The translations under genes and the position numbers were made by a program. From Promethearchaeota archaeon (GTDB taxonomy: Archaea > Asgardarchaeota > Lokiarchaeia > Sigyniarchaeales > SOKP01): a stretch of 64,000 nucleotides of DNA. A model generated the notes under the pieces. The model searched no databases, was not told where the DNA came from, and was given only the letters and a program-made list of their open reading frames with translations. The stretch is from assembly GCA_019058445.1 (NCBI GenBank), contig JAHPZA010000010.1, positions 320,001-384,000 of the forward strand, read 5' to 3'. This document shows positions 10,800 to 20,170 of this stretch, in pieces (within the stretch, counting starts at the first letter, position 1; every line of letters starts with the position of its first letter).

Positions 10800-11600
10800 T
10801 CATCTTTTTTTAAAGACAGCTTCAAAAGAATCAACATTATTCTTAAAGTATGTTTCGTAGAAAATGAGATCTAAGAGCATATTATCATCAATAAATTTGA
10901 ATGTTTCCCCCTTTTTATTTGCTAAAATTAACTCACTATCATCCACATAGATATCGAATTTATGCATCCCTGCCCATGAAGTTCTAGTTCCCTCTTTTAT
11001 ATTACTACAAACAAACAATAATCCTCCTTTTTTCAAAACAGAATAAGCATTTCTAAAACATTTAAGTGGGTCTTCTGTATGATCTAAAGAATTTTGAGCA
11101 AAAACAACATGAAATGTCTCTTCTTTGAATATATCTAAAAGATCTTCACCTTTTTGTTTTATTGGGGTAATAGGATATGTATAGTTCAATTGTTTCATAA
11201 TTTTTTTGTAAACATCCGCTAAGGGATCGATTGCGATAACTTCAAGTAATTTTTTATCAACCCAATACGATAGATTAGAATTGGGTCCAGATCCGATTTC
11301 TAAGGTATATAAAGAGTTTACTTTGAATACTTCATCTCTTAATTTATAGACCTCGTCTCTTATTCCTTCTGGGAAAACACTTTCATTTCTTCTACATGAT
11401 TCTAGAAACGCAACTGGATCCTCTAATTTTATAAAAAATAAGCTTTCGTAGCTATAAATCTCTGATGCTATATTTCTCTCTCTTCTAATATAAGCTTTAA
11501 TACTATAAAATAGAGATTTTAATAGTAGTTTGAAATTAATCAAACTTATTCTATTTTCCTTAAACGCAAATATAATAAATCGCTTTATCTTTTTTGACAT
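10800..11600 (-). CDS. Class I SAM-dependent methyltransferase
   Basis: LEIGSGP motif I, AIDP, FHVVFAQNSLDH, VLKKGG. Confidence 0.85.
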   Translation of the reverse strand: MSKKIKRFIIFAFKENRISLINFKLLLKSLFYSIKAYIRRERNIASEIYSYESLFFIKLEDPVAFLESCRRNESVFPEGIRDEVYKLRDEVFKVNSLYTLEIGSGPNSNLSYWVDKKLLEVIAIDPLADVYKKIMKQLNYTYPITPIKQKGEDLLDIFKEETFHVVFAQNSLDHTEDPLKCFRNAYSVLKKGGLLFVCSNIKEGTRTSWAGMHKFDIYVDDSELILANKKGETFKFIDDNMLLDLIFYETYFKNNVDSFEAVFKKR

Positions 11601-11614
11601 CTTATTTTTTGCTA

Positions 11615-12274
11615 TTATATAAGACCTATTTTATAAATTAAATTAAAAATATTGGCTCTGAATTTAAAAATAAATCCACGTTGTTTATATAAGCGAACAC
11701 GTTTTTTAATTGAGATTTCATATTCTTTTTTTAATTTATGCTTATTTAATACACCATATCCTAAAAAAAATCCTTTAGAACATAGTTCATATTTATAATA
11801 ATACCAGGGCCTTTTTAATTTATATAAATTTAGAGTTAACTTCATAGATACTAAATCATGAATATGATCTCTTTCATTGAAAAATGGAACGTCTGCGAAA
11901 AAAAACGTCTCATTTTTATAAATTACATCATGCACTTCAAGGTGACTATGAGAAAACCCTTTTTCATGAAAGATTCTTAATTTTTTTCCAAATTCATAAT
12001 ATACTTTTGGATCTAAAATATCAACCAACTTTTTACCATCAATGTATCTGCTAACAATAAATTGTTTGTTTTTTGAAAAATAGATTGGCTCTATAAGTTG
12101 GAAATTATCAACTTCTAATTTATTCCAATATCTTTTTAGGTAATTAAATTCCTTTTCCATCCATTCTTCTTTTCCTTTACAAACTTTAATGAAATAATTT
12201 TTATCTGCTGTGATATAATAGCTATTGGTTCCTCCGAACAAAGATCTCTTGATTTTTTTTAATGAACTCTTCAT
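11615..12274 (-). CDS. Protein-kinase-like fold (Kdo/WaaP/Bud32-like) with atypical catalytic loop
   Basis: YFIK (beta3 Lys), helix-C EKE, SRYIDGKKL, FGKKLRIFHEKGFSHSHLEVHDV, FFADVP. Confidence 0.6.
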   Translation of the reverse strand: MKSSLKKIKRSLFGGTNSYYITADKNYFIKVCKGKEEWMEKEFNYLKRYWNKLEVDNFQLIEPIYFSKNKQFIVSRYIDGKKLVDILDPKVYYEFGKKLRIFHEKGFSHSHLEVHDVIYKNETFFFADVPFFNERDHIHDLVSMKLTLNLYKLKRPWYYYKYELCSKGFFLGYGVLNKHKLKKEYEISIKKRVRLYKQRGFIFKFRANIFNLIYKIGLI

Positions 12275-12414
12275 TTTATTTTTAAATTTTTATAATCAAA
12301 TTTAGAAGTGATTATTCTTAGAATTATGGATGAAAAAAGAAATTTTCATATTATATTTATTAAAAAATCTTAATTTTTAATAGATTTATCATTTTGGCTA
12401 AATCAAGGTAAATC

Positions 12415-12975
12415 TCAAATTAGTTCATAATCATGCCAAAATTTCCAATAATAATTTATAATAAGACCATCTTTAATTACTGGTTTTTTACGAGGATTTT
12501 TGGTATAATCATAAATCCATTTGATTCCATATTTCTTGGCAAGTTCTATAGTATAATCATTGTATTGCCGCCATCCGGGAGCGCATTTTGTTGGATTAAT
12601 TCCCAACGAATTCAAAAACTTCATCGATTCTTCAAATTTTTCATCCTGAAGTTTATTATCAAAAAATGCCGGAACATTACATAAATGGATATGTAACTGT
12701 ATTTCTTCATTGTATTTTTTTAAAATTTCAATTCTTTTAGCTAAAATGTGGGTGAATTGAGCTTTATCTTGTTTTATATTGAAATAGCTCTTACAATATT
12801 CATAATTAGCAGGAGTTACAACAAACCATATATAACCCTTTCCAAGTAAATTTTGAAGTTTTTTCCACATGTCATCTCTTACTAGAGCTTCAGCATGAAG
12901 TGTTTTTTCTTTAACTTTTGCGAATTTCCGTAAAATCTTGAACATAAATTCGTCTAAAGATTTTTTTAATTTCAT
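12415..12975 (-). CDS. Small polysaccharide deacetylase-like (NodB/DUF2334-type) protein
   Basis: WFVVTP, EIQLHIH (HxH), CAPGW. Confidence 0.5.
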   Translation of the reverse strand: MKLKKSLDEFMFKILRKFAKVKEKTLHAEALVRDDMWKKLQNLLGKGYIWFVVTPANYEYCKSYFNIKQDKAQFTHILAKRIEILKKYNEEIQLHIHLCNVPAFFDNKLQDEKFEESMKFLNSLGINPTKCAPGWRQYNDYTIELAKKYGIKWIYDYTKNPRKKPVIKDGLIINYYWKFWHDYELI

Positions 12976-13213
12976 AGCCGGGAAAATATTCTTTAATTTA
13001 ATATGTCTAGTAATATTTGAGTTATTAAGTTAATTATATTTTAACCAAATAAAGAGATCCACTTCTCTTTAGGAAGTACTCAAATAAAAATTAACATTAA
13101 CCAAGTTTAATCTGCTTTAAATTACCTTAAATTTTTTTTAACCTTGTATATGCTTAAAATTCCATAGTTTTTGACGAAGAAAATTTGTTAGTTAAACGGA
13201 CTTTTCTAAAAGG

Positions 13214-13309
13214 ATGAAATTGAAGATTCTAAGCCAAATATTATGTAAAATTAAAATAACTGGAATTGTAAGAATTTTAAGAATAAATCCGGATTTTTTC
13301 TTCTATTAA
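13214..13309 (+). pseudogene. Truncated N-terminal relic of a TagF-like paralog (31 aa)
   Basis: MKLKILSQILCKIKITGIVRILRINPDFFFY* aligns without gaps to the N-terminus of 20171 (MLQRILNKMLMHVKIFKLAKVLKINPRFFFD). Confidence 0.7.
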
Positions 13310-13534
13310 AGAAATTAATCTATTGATATTTAATCACTCCATAGGACATTTAAAAGTATGATATAAGATTTTAGAATTAATTTAACAAGGTCTATTCGAT
13401 AAACTCAAATTATTTCAGAATGTAAATTAGATAGAAATTGATAAGAATGAAATACTAATCAGATCTAAAGAAAATATTTATCCTAAAAGAAAAGTTAAAG
13501 AAAAATATAATTAAACAAAATAAATAGAATATCA

Positions 13535-14773
13535 ATGATAACAAAATTTTTTGAAAAAATTTTATCCAAAGTTAAGTTCTATACAATAGCAAGGCTCTTA
13601 AGAATCCATCCACATTTCTTTTTTGACCTCGTGGTATATCACTTTTCAAAATTTTTTAGAGGAAATGTAGATGACAAGTTGATTATTTTAGGTGGTAATT
13701 ATGCCAAATATTTTGGAGGAAATACAAAATATCTTTATATATATTTAAAAGAAAACACAGATTATCAATTATTTTGGATGTCTAAATCTCTGGAGTTAAA
13801 CAAGAAATTAGAAAAACAAGGAATTAAAACTATATACGCATATACTTTAAAAGCAATCAAAATGTTGAGAAGAGCTCGAGCTGTTTTTGTTACGCATGGA
13901 ACTATTGATGTTCTTCCTATAAAATTCTCCCCAAGAACCGTACATGTTCAAACTTGGCATGGAGGAGATATTAAAATTATAGGCAATAATCCTTATGCTG
14001 CAAAATATATTTATTCTAAATGGGCAAAATTATTAAGATTAAAACTTCGAGATCATGAGTATGTTGATTTTCTCGTATCACAATCAAGAGCAAAAAGACC
14101 ATTAGAGATCTTATCAGAAGCATTTAGATATCCTTTAGAAAGGATAATACCTACTGGATATCCCAGAAATGATATATTTTTTTCTAAGGAAAAAGATTTA
14201 AAAGTTAAATTAAGAATGAAATATAATATTCCAAGTTACATAAATAAAATTCTCTTATATGCACCTACATTTCGACCAGATTTTGAAGCTAAATTTCCGC
14301 TTAATAATGAAAATTTAGTTAAATTAAATCAATATTTATTAGAAACGAAATATCTATTTTTAATGAAAGGGCATATCAAGGAGAGAACTATTTCATTTAA
14401 AGATTTAGAGAATATAAAGACTATAGGATTAGAAGCAGATACTCAAGAATTATTATATATCACGGATATCTTAATTACTGATTATTCCTCGATATACTGT
14501 GATTTTTTATTACTAAATCGACCAGTCCTTTTATTTACCTATGATTATAAAAAATATGAAAAAGAGCGAGGATTTTATTATGATCATTTAGAAGAAATTG
14601 CTCCTGGACCATTAATTTATACGGGAGAAGAATTAATTAATACTATCAAAAATATTCAAGTTTTAGAGAAACAATACGAATCAAAACGATTAGAATTAAG
14701 AGATTATTTTAATGCATACAATGATGGAAAATCTTCAGAAAGATTGTTAAGATTTCTTAAATTAATAGAATAA
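13535..14773 (+). CDS. TagF/TagB-like CDP-glycerol glycerophosphotransferase-family protein
   Basis: FVTHG, QTWHG, GYPRND, LYAPTFR, ITDYSS, APGP. Confidence 0.9.
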   Translation: MITKFFEKILSKVKFYTIARLLRIHPHFFFDLVVYHFSKFFRGNVDDKLIILGGNYAKYFGGNTKYLYIYLKENTDYQLFWMSKSLELNKKLEKQGIKTIYAYTLKAIKMLRRARAVFVTHGTIDVLPIKFSPRTVHVQTWHGGDIKIIGNNPYAAKYIYSKWAKLLRLKLRDHEYVDFLVSQSRAKRPLEILSEAFRYPLERIIPTGYPRNDIFFSKEKDLKVKLRMKYNIPSYINKILLYAPTFRPDFEAKFPLNNENLVKLNQYLLETKYLFLMKGHIKERTISFKDLENIKTIGLEADTQELLYITDILITDYSSIYCDFLLLNRPVLLFTYDYKKYEKERGFYYDHLEEIAPGPLIYTGEELINTIKNIQVLEKQYESKRLELRDYFNAYNDGKSSERLLRFLKLIE

Positions 14774-14809
14774 TTTATTTTAATTATAATGTGACATTAG
14801 TATATTAAA

Positions 14810-14875
14810 ATGCTAAGGTCTACGATTCATCCTATTGTAAAGGAACTTTTGATCTGTAAAGTAACCGATAATTAA
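14810..14875 (+). pseudogene. Relic of a CgeB-type glycosyltransferase N-terminus
   Basis: 19-nt exact match TCATCCTATTGTAAAGGAA (14827-14845 = 23695-23713); translates RSTIHPIVKEL vs WSTHHPIVKEF. Confidence 0.5.
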
Positions 14876-15151
14876 TTGAAAGATTATCGTGGCAAGAGAA
14901 TTAAAGGCAAATATCAAACCTGTTTGAAACCAATTTAAGTTAAATTCAAAATACAAACTTGCTATTCATACAGGCAAAACAAATGTTATAGGATCATTAT
15001 TAAAATAATAAACATATAACCTCTTTTGAATGTAAGAACTCTTTTCTTTAGGATTATTCAACAATATTTTAAGTATTTCATTTAATAAAAAAATCTTCTA
15101 TTACCTGAAAATAAGATTTTAATAATGAAAGTTAAAACGTTCTAAATATAA

Positions 15152-15176
15152 TTTATAAGCCTGCTTTTTTAGGCTT
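15152..15176 (+). promoter_or_regulatory. Candidate TATA box overlapped by palindrome AAGCCT-N8-AGGCTT upstream of pepM
   Basis: TTTATAA at 15152-15158; 6-bp inverted repeat at 15157-15162 and 15171-15176. Confidence 0.3.
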
Positions 15177-15231
15177 GAGAATTAAAAGAGAACAAATTTT
15201 TATATAACATGAAAATTTCTTATAATATGAT

Positions 15232-16926
15232 TTGACGCTTAAGAATAGAATTTCTCCAGAAAAAAGAAGAAAAAAATTAAAAGAATTATTAATTAGAAAA
15301 AATCCCCTACGATTTTTAGAAGCTCATGATGGAATTAGCGCGATAATTTCAAATAATACTAAAATTACAATAAATAATGGAGAAGTTCTTGAATTTGATG
15401 GACTTTGGGAAAGTAGTTTTACCGATAGCGCATCAAAAGGATATCCAGATGCTGATATTATAAGTTTTGATTCTAGATGTGAATCATTGAAATACATTTT
15501 AGATGCTACCAATAAGCCAATAATTTTTGATGGGGATACTGGAGGAGATCCTACTAATTTCGAATATCAAGTTAAGCGCTTAGAAGATCTGGGAGTATCA
15601 ATGATTATTATAGAAGACAAAGTTTATCCTAAACGAAATAGTTTAGATGAGACCGCTTCTCAGATACAAGAGGATCCTCAGATTTTTGCAATTAAATTAA
15701 AACGGGGTAAAGAAGCATTACACTCAGATGGCTTAATGATTGCTGCAAGAATTGAAAGCTTAATAACAGGGTCTGGATTAAAAGATGCCCTTTTAAGAGC
15801 CAAAATATATTTAAATGCGGGGGCAGATGCTATCATGATTCATTCAAAAGAAGAGGATCCGAAGGAAATTTTTGAATTTGCTAAAGAATATAATGAATTA
15901 TCTAAAAACATCAGTTTTCGAAAACCATTAATATGCGTTCCTACAACATATAATACTGTTACAGTAGACGAATTTGAAAAAGCAGGATTTAATATTATAA
16001 TCTATGCGAATCATCTAATAAGAGCTTCATTTAAAGCAATGAAAAAAGCTGCTGAACTAATTTTAAGAAATGGAAGAAGCTTTGAGGTTGAATCGATATG
16101 CACTCCAGTTAAAAAAATTTTTTCAGTAGTAGGATTTGAAGAGATCAAAAAGAAAGATAAAAAATTTCAAAAGGCACAAAGAGTTATTATACCCGCTGCT
16201 GGGTTTGATAATAATTTTGATATTCCTAAAGCAATGATAAAAATTAAAGGAAAACCAATTATTAAAAGGCAAATTGAGGTTTTAAAGAAATTTGGTTTTG
16301 CAAAAATAACAGTAATTAGAGGATGGAAGAAAGAGTTAGTAACTTTGGAGGGTATTAAATATTTCGATAATGATTTTTATGATAAAACTTACATAGCTCA
16401 TTCTTTATTTCATGCAGAGGAAGATTTTAAAAATGGATTCTTATACATTAATTCTGATATCCTTTTTACCGAAGAAGTCATCAATAAAATCATAAACACA
16501 CCATATGATATTGTATTAGCTGTAGATAGAACTTACCAATACCATAAACACGAAATTGATAAAAAACTTGATATGGTTTTAACTAAAAACAAACCTACAA
16601 ATCGAATTTGGAAATTAGGAAGGGAAGAAAATGAAGTTATAAGAATCGGTAAAAATATCAAGATTGAAATGGCTGATTATGAATATATCGGAATTGCTAA
16701 TTTCTCTGAGAATGGAGCAGAGATTTTAAGAAAAGTATATCATGATTGTAAAATGAATTGGCAAGGCAAATTTCATGAAGCTGATGATTTTTCTAAAGCT
16801 GATTTTATGGATTTAATACAAGAAATAATTAATCGAGGTTTTAAAGTAAATATTGTTGAGATTCATCAGGGTTGGATCGAAATTAATGATGAAAGGGACG
16901 TAAAATTAGCAGAAATGATGATTTAA
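15232..16926 (+). CDS. pepM: Phosphoenolpyruvate mutase fused to a C-terminal LicC-like nucleotidyltransferase domain
   Basis: Diagnostic EDKVYPKRNS (EDK-X5-NS), EAHDG, DGDTGG, ARIES, IHSK, YANH; C-terminal IIPAAG...PKAM...GKPII, NSDIL, WIEIND. Confidence 0.95.
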   Translation: MTLKNRISPEKRRKKLKELLIRKNPLRFLEAHDGISAIISNNTKITINNGEVLEFDGLWESSFTDSASKGYPDADIISFDSRCESLKYILDATNKPIIFDGDTGGDPTNFEYQVKRLEDLGVSMIIIEDKVYPKRNSLDETASQIQEDPQIFAIKLKRGKEALHSDGLMIAARIESLITGSGLKDALLRAKIYLNAGADAIMIHSKEEDPKEIFEFAKEYNELSKNISFRKPLICVPTTYNTVTVDEFEKAGFNIIIYANHLIRASFKAMKKAAELILRNGRSFEVESICTPVKKIFSVVGFEEIKKKDKKFQKAQRVIIPAAGFDNNFDIPKAMIKIKGKPIIKRQIEVLKKFGFAKITVIRGWKKELVTLEGIKYFDNDFYDKTYIAHSLFHAEEDFKNGFLYINSDILFTEEVINKIINTPYDIVLAVDRTYQYHKHEIDKKLDMVLTKNKPTNRIWKLGREENEVIRIGKNIKIEMADYEYIGIANFSENGAEILRKVYHDCKMNWQGKFHEADDFSKADFMDLIQEIINRGFKVNIVEIHQGWIEINDERDVKLAEMMI

Positions 16927-16928
16927 TT

Positions 16929-18065
16929 ATGATATCTTGCCAAGAATTTTTTACTATTTTAAAAGAAAAGGGATTTACTTTTTTTACAGGAATCCCTGAT
17001 TCGACTTTTAAACATTTTATAAAATTTATATCAGATAATAATGGAGAATTATTACAAAATATCGTTGCTTCTAATGAGTGTGAATCTATAGCAATAAGCG
17101 CTGGATATTATTTAGCGACAAGTAAGATAGGTGTTGTTTATATGCAAAATTCTGGTCTTGGTAAAACCGTCAATCCTTTAACTTCTTTGTGCGATCCTGA
17201 AATATATGCAATTCCGATATTACTTCTTATAGGTTGGCGTGGAGAACCTGGGAAAATTGATGCTCCTCAACATAGAAAAATGGGCAGAATTATGCTATCA
17301 TTATTAGATACTCTTGAAATACCATATAGTATACTTAAACCAGAAATAGAGGATATTAGATTAAACCTTAATTCTGCTATTAAATATTTCAATAAAATGA
17401 AAGGTCCCTACGCTTTTATTATCAAAAGAAATTTTTTTAAAGACTATAAATCGAATAATAAAGAAATCGTTAGTTATGAGCTTTCTCGTCAGCAAGCAAT
17501 AGATTTAATAATGGATAATCTTAACGAAAATAATATAGTAATTTCAACAACCGGATTTACTTCACGAGAGGTATATGAATATAGAGAAAAAACGAAAAAG
17601 GCCCATAACAGAAGTTTTTATAATATCGGAAGTATGGGGTGTGCTTCTTCAATTGGATTAACCATAGCTCTGCATAATTCAAATAAAAAAATATTCATTT
17701 TTGATGGAGATGGAGCCGCTATAATGCAAATGGGAGCTTTTACCACAATAGGTAAAAACTCTCCAAAAAATTTTATACATATAGTATTTGATAATCATAT
17801 GCATGAAACAACAGGAGGACAGCCTACTAATTCTAGTTCAGTTGATTTTGTTAAATTAGCTTTTGCTTGTAACTATAAATATGGTAAAGTTGTTATAACT
17901 AAAAATGAGCTGATTGAAACGATTTCAGATATTAAAAATAGAGACGGACCGATAATTATTGTTATTAAGGTAAAACCAAGTTTTAATGCTGAGCTAAAGA
18001 GACCTGAGAAAGAGCCAAAATATTATAAAGAAATTTTTCAAAATTATCTAATTAATTCAAAATGA
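16929..18065 (+). CDS. ppd: Phosphonopyruvate decarboxylase (ThDP-dependent)
   Basis: GIPDS, YMQNSGLG, GWRGEPG..DAPQH, GSMG, GDGAAIM...N ThDP motif; 2 nt after pepM. Confidence 0.93.
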   Translation: MISCQEFFTILKEKGFTFFTGIPDSTFKHFIKFISDNNGELLQNIVASNECESIAISAGYYLATSKIGVVYMQNSGLGKTVNPLTSLCDPEIYAIPILLLIGWRGEPGKIDAPQHRKMGRIMLSLLDTLEIPYSILKPEIEDIRLNLNSAIKYFNKMKGPYAFIIKRNFFKDYKSNNKEIVSYELSRQQAIDLIMDNLNENNIVISTTGFTSREVYEYREKTKKAHNRSFYNIGSMGCASSIGLTIALHNSNKKIFIFDGDGAAIMQMGAFTTIGKNSPKNFIHIVFDNHMHETTGGQPTNSSSVDFVKLAFACNYKYGKVVITKNELIETISDIKNRDGPIIIVIKVKPSFNAELKRPEKEPKYYKEIFQNYLINSK

Positions 18066-18805
18066 AAGCTGTAATATTAGCTGCTGGAATGGGTACGCGT
18101 CTTAAACCATTGACGGATGATATGCCAAAATCCTTTTTAAATATAGATGGTAAACCTTTAATCATTAGATCACTCGATAATTTAAACCAAGTAGGAATTC
18201 AAGACGTTATAATTGTAATAGGGTATTTACAAAATTTTTTTAAAAAGAACATAGGAAGTTATTATAAAAATCTAAAAATAACATTTGTATTTAATCCCTA
18301 TTATTCATATACCGGAAGTATGTATTCTCTATCTCAAACTGAGGGGATTGTAGATAATGATATACTTTTACTAGAGGGAGATTTACTGTATGAAAAAAGA
18401 GCTTTGGAATATTTAATTGATTCAATTGAACCAAATGAGATATTGATTGCTCCACTTAGTGGCTCGGGGGATGAGGTTTATATTTGTGTTAATGAACATA
18501 ATGAACTTATTAATTTAGGAAAAAATATTGTTAATAAATCTGAAGCGATAGGTGAATTGGTTGGAATATCTAAGCTTTCAATGGATTTCCTTCCTAAACT
18601 CTATCAGAAAGCTAAAGAAGATTATAATAATAAAGAATGCTTATATCACTACGAAGAAGTTATTTTTAAAGTATCTAAATCTTATCCTATTAAATGTAAG
18701 TTAATTTCGGATTTAAATTGGATAGAAATTGATAATGATAATGACCTGCGCAGAGCTATTGAATTAGTATATCCAAAAATAAAAAATAAAGAAAACACTA
18801 TATAG
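18062..18805 (+). CDS. LicC/PntC-like phosphonate (or phosphocholine) cytidylyltransferase
   Basis: ILAAGMGTRL..LT...PKS, EGDLLY, SGDE, GELVGI, WIEIDN; 4-nt overlap with ppd. Confidence 0.85.
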   Translation: MKAVILAAGMGTRLKPLTDDMPKSFLNIDGKPLIIRSLDNLNQVGIQDVIIVIGYLQNFFKKNIGSYYKNLKITFVFNPYYSYTGSMYSLSQTEGIVDNDILLLEGDLLYEKRALEYLIDSIEPNEILIAPLSGSGDEVYICVNEHNELINLGKNIVNKSEAIGELVGISKLSMDFLPKLYQKAKEDYNNKECLYHYEEVIFKVSKSYPIKCKLISDLNWIEIDNDNDLRRAIELVYPKIKNKENTI

Positions 18806-19001
18806 ATAAGTTCTTGATTTGATTAAAGTACTCCTTGTCTTTTAATTTTTTAGGAGAAGATTTTTTTCATATGAAAGAATAATATCAAAGAATTAGATAA
18901 GAATTATCCTTTTAAAAAACAATGGAATTAAAAGATTATTAAAATAATTAAAGGAAGATGAAGAATCATAACAAAGAAATTATAGTAAAATAATAATAAT
19001 T

Positions 19002-20117
19002 TTGATCAAAATGACAAGAAGAAATATACTATTAAATCCTGGTCCAGCAACTACGACTGATTCAGTGAAGAAAGCATTAATTGTTCCCGATATATGTCCA
19101 AGAGAAAAAGAATTTGGGGATTTGATGCAAGAAATAAGAAAAGACCTTGTTGAGATTGCTGGAGGTGATAAAAATTATACATCTGTGTTATTTGCTGGAT
19201 CTGGAACTGCCGTAATGGAAAGTACCATTAGTTCAGTTGTACCTCCAAACAAAAAAATTCTAATTTTAATTAATGGTGCTTATGGAATTCGTTTTGCAGA
19301 GATTGCACGAACATATAATATCGAAGTTGTCGAGCTTAATTTTGAATTTGGGAAAAGAATTGAATTAAAGCAAATAGAGTCTATTTTAAGGGCTGATGAA
19401 GAAATTGCGTGTGTGGCTGTTATCCATCATGAAACTACAGTGGGAATTTTAAATCCCATAAAAGAGATCGGAGAAATCACAAAAGCTTATCGAAAAACCT
19501 TTATAGTTGACACTATCTCTAGTTTTGCTGGGGTTCCTATTAATATAAAGGACTTTAATATTGACTTCATGATGTCTACCTCAAATAAATGTATCCAAGG
19601 AATGGCCGGAGTGGCTTTTATTATCTGTAAAAAATCTGCTTTGGAAAAGTTAAGATCATTTAAAGCAAGGAATTATTATCTCGATCTATTTAAGCAATAT
19701 GAATATCTTGAGAAAAATAATCAAACAAGATTTACCCCACCTGTACAGATTATATATGCTCTTAAACAAGCAATTTTAGAATTATATGAGGAAGGTGTGG
19801 AAAATAGAATTAATAGATATAAGGAAAATTATCGAATTTTGAAAGATGGGTTGAAGAAGTTGAATTTTAAATTTTTGATGAAAGTTGATGTAGAAGAATC
19901 TAACATTTTGACTACAATTCATTATTTAGATCATCCTAATTTTAATTTTGATATTTTACATGATAAATTATATAAGAAAGGATTTACAATTTATCCCGGT
20001 AAAATTACTGATCTTAATACTTTCAGAATTGCGGTTATGGGAGCAATTTACCCTGCTGATATTAAAAATTTCATAAAGACTCTAGGAAATGTTTTAAAGG
20101 AAATGGGCATAAATTAG
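19002..20117 (+). CDS. phnW: 2-aminoethylphosphonate aminotransferase (AepZ/PhnW family, PLP class V)
   Basis: LLNPGP, DICPRE, GSGT, NGAYG, HHETTVG, VDTISS, SNKCIQG (PLP Lys), RFTPP, IYPGK; start may be ATG 19011. Confidence 0.92.
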   Translation: MIKMTRRNILLNPGPATTTDSVKKALIVPDICPREKEFGDLMQEIRKDLVEIAGGDKNYTSVLFAGSGTAVMESTISSVVPPNKKILILINGAYGIRFAEIARTYNIEVVELNFEFGKRIELKQIESILRADEEIACVAVIHHETTVGILNPIKEIGEITKAYRKTFIVDTISSFAGVPINIKDFNIDFMMSTSNKCIQGMAGVAFIICKKSALEKLRSFKARNYYLDLFKQYEYLEKNNQTRFTPPVQIIYALKQAILELYEEGVENRINRYKENYRILKDGLKKLNFKFLMKVDVEESNILTTIHYLDHPNFNFDILHDKLYKKGFTIYPGKITDLNTFRIAVMGAIYPADIKNFIKTLGNVLKEMGIN

Positions 20118-20170
20118 ACAAAAAAAAATCTTATTTATTATTCATTAAAAAACTTAAAAGATCGATAAAA

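Noticed and set aside
15232-16926. Isocitrate lyase / PrpB alternative for pepM
   Set aside because: Has EDK-X5-NS rather than KKCGH/KRCGH, and is coupled to ppd
19002-20117. PhnW plus the HAD at 44221 as an AEP degradation (phnWX) pathway
   Set aside because: The transaminase follows pepM and ppd, and the HAD is NagD-type IIA (DLDGT), not PhnX (DWAGT); biosynthesis fits better
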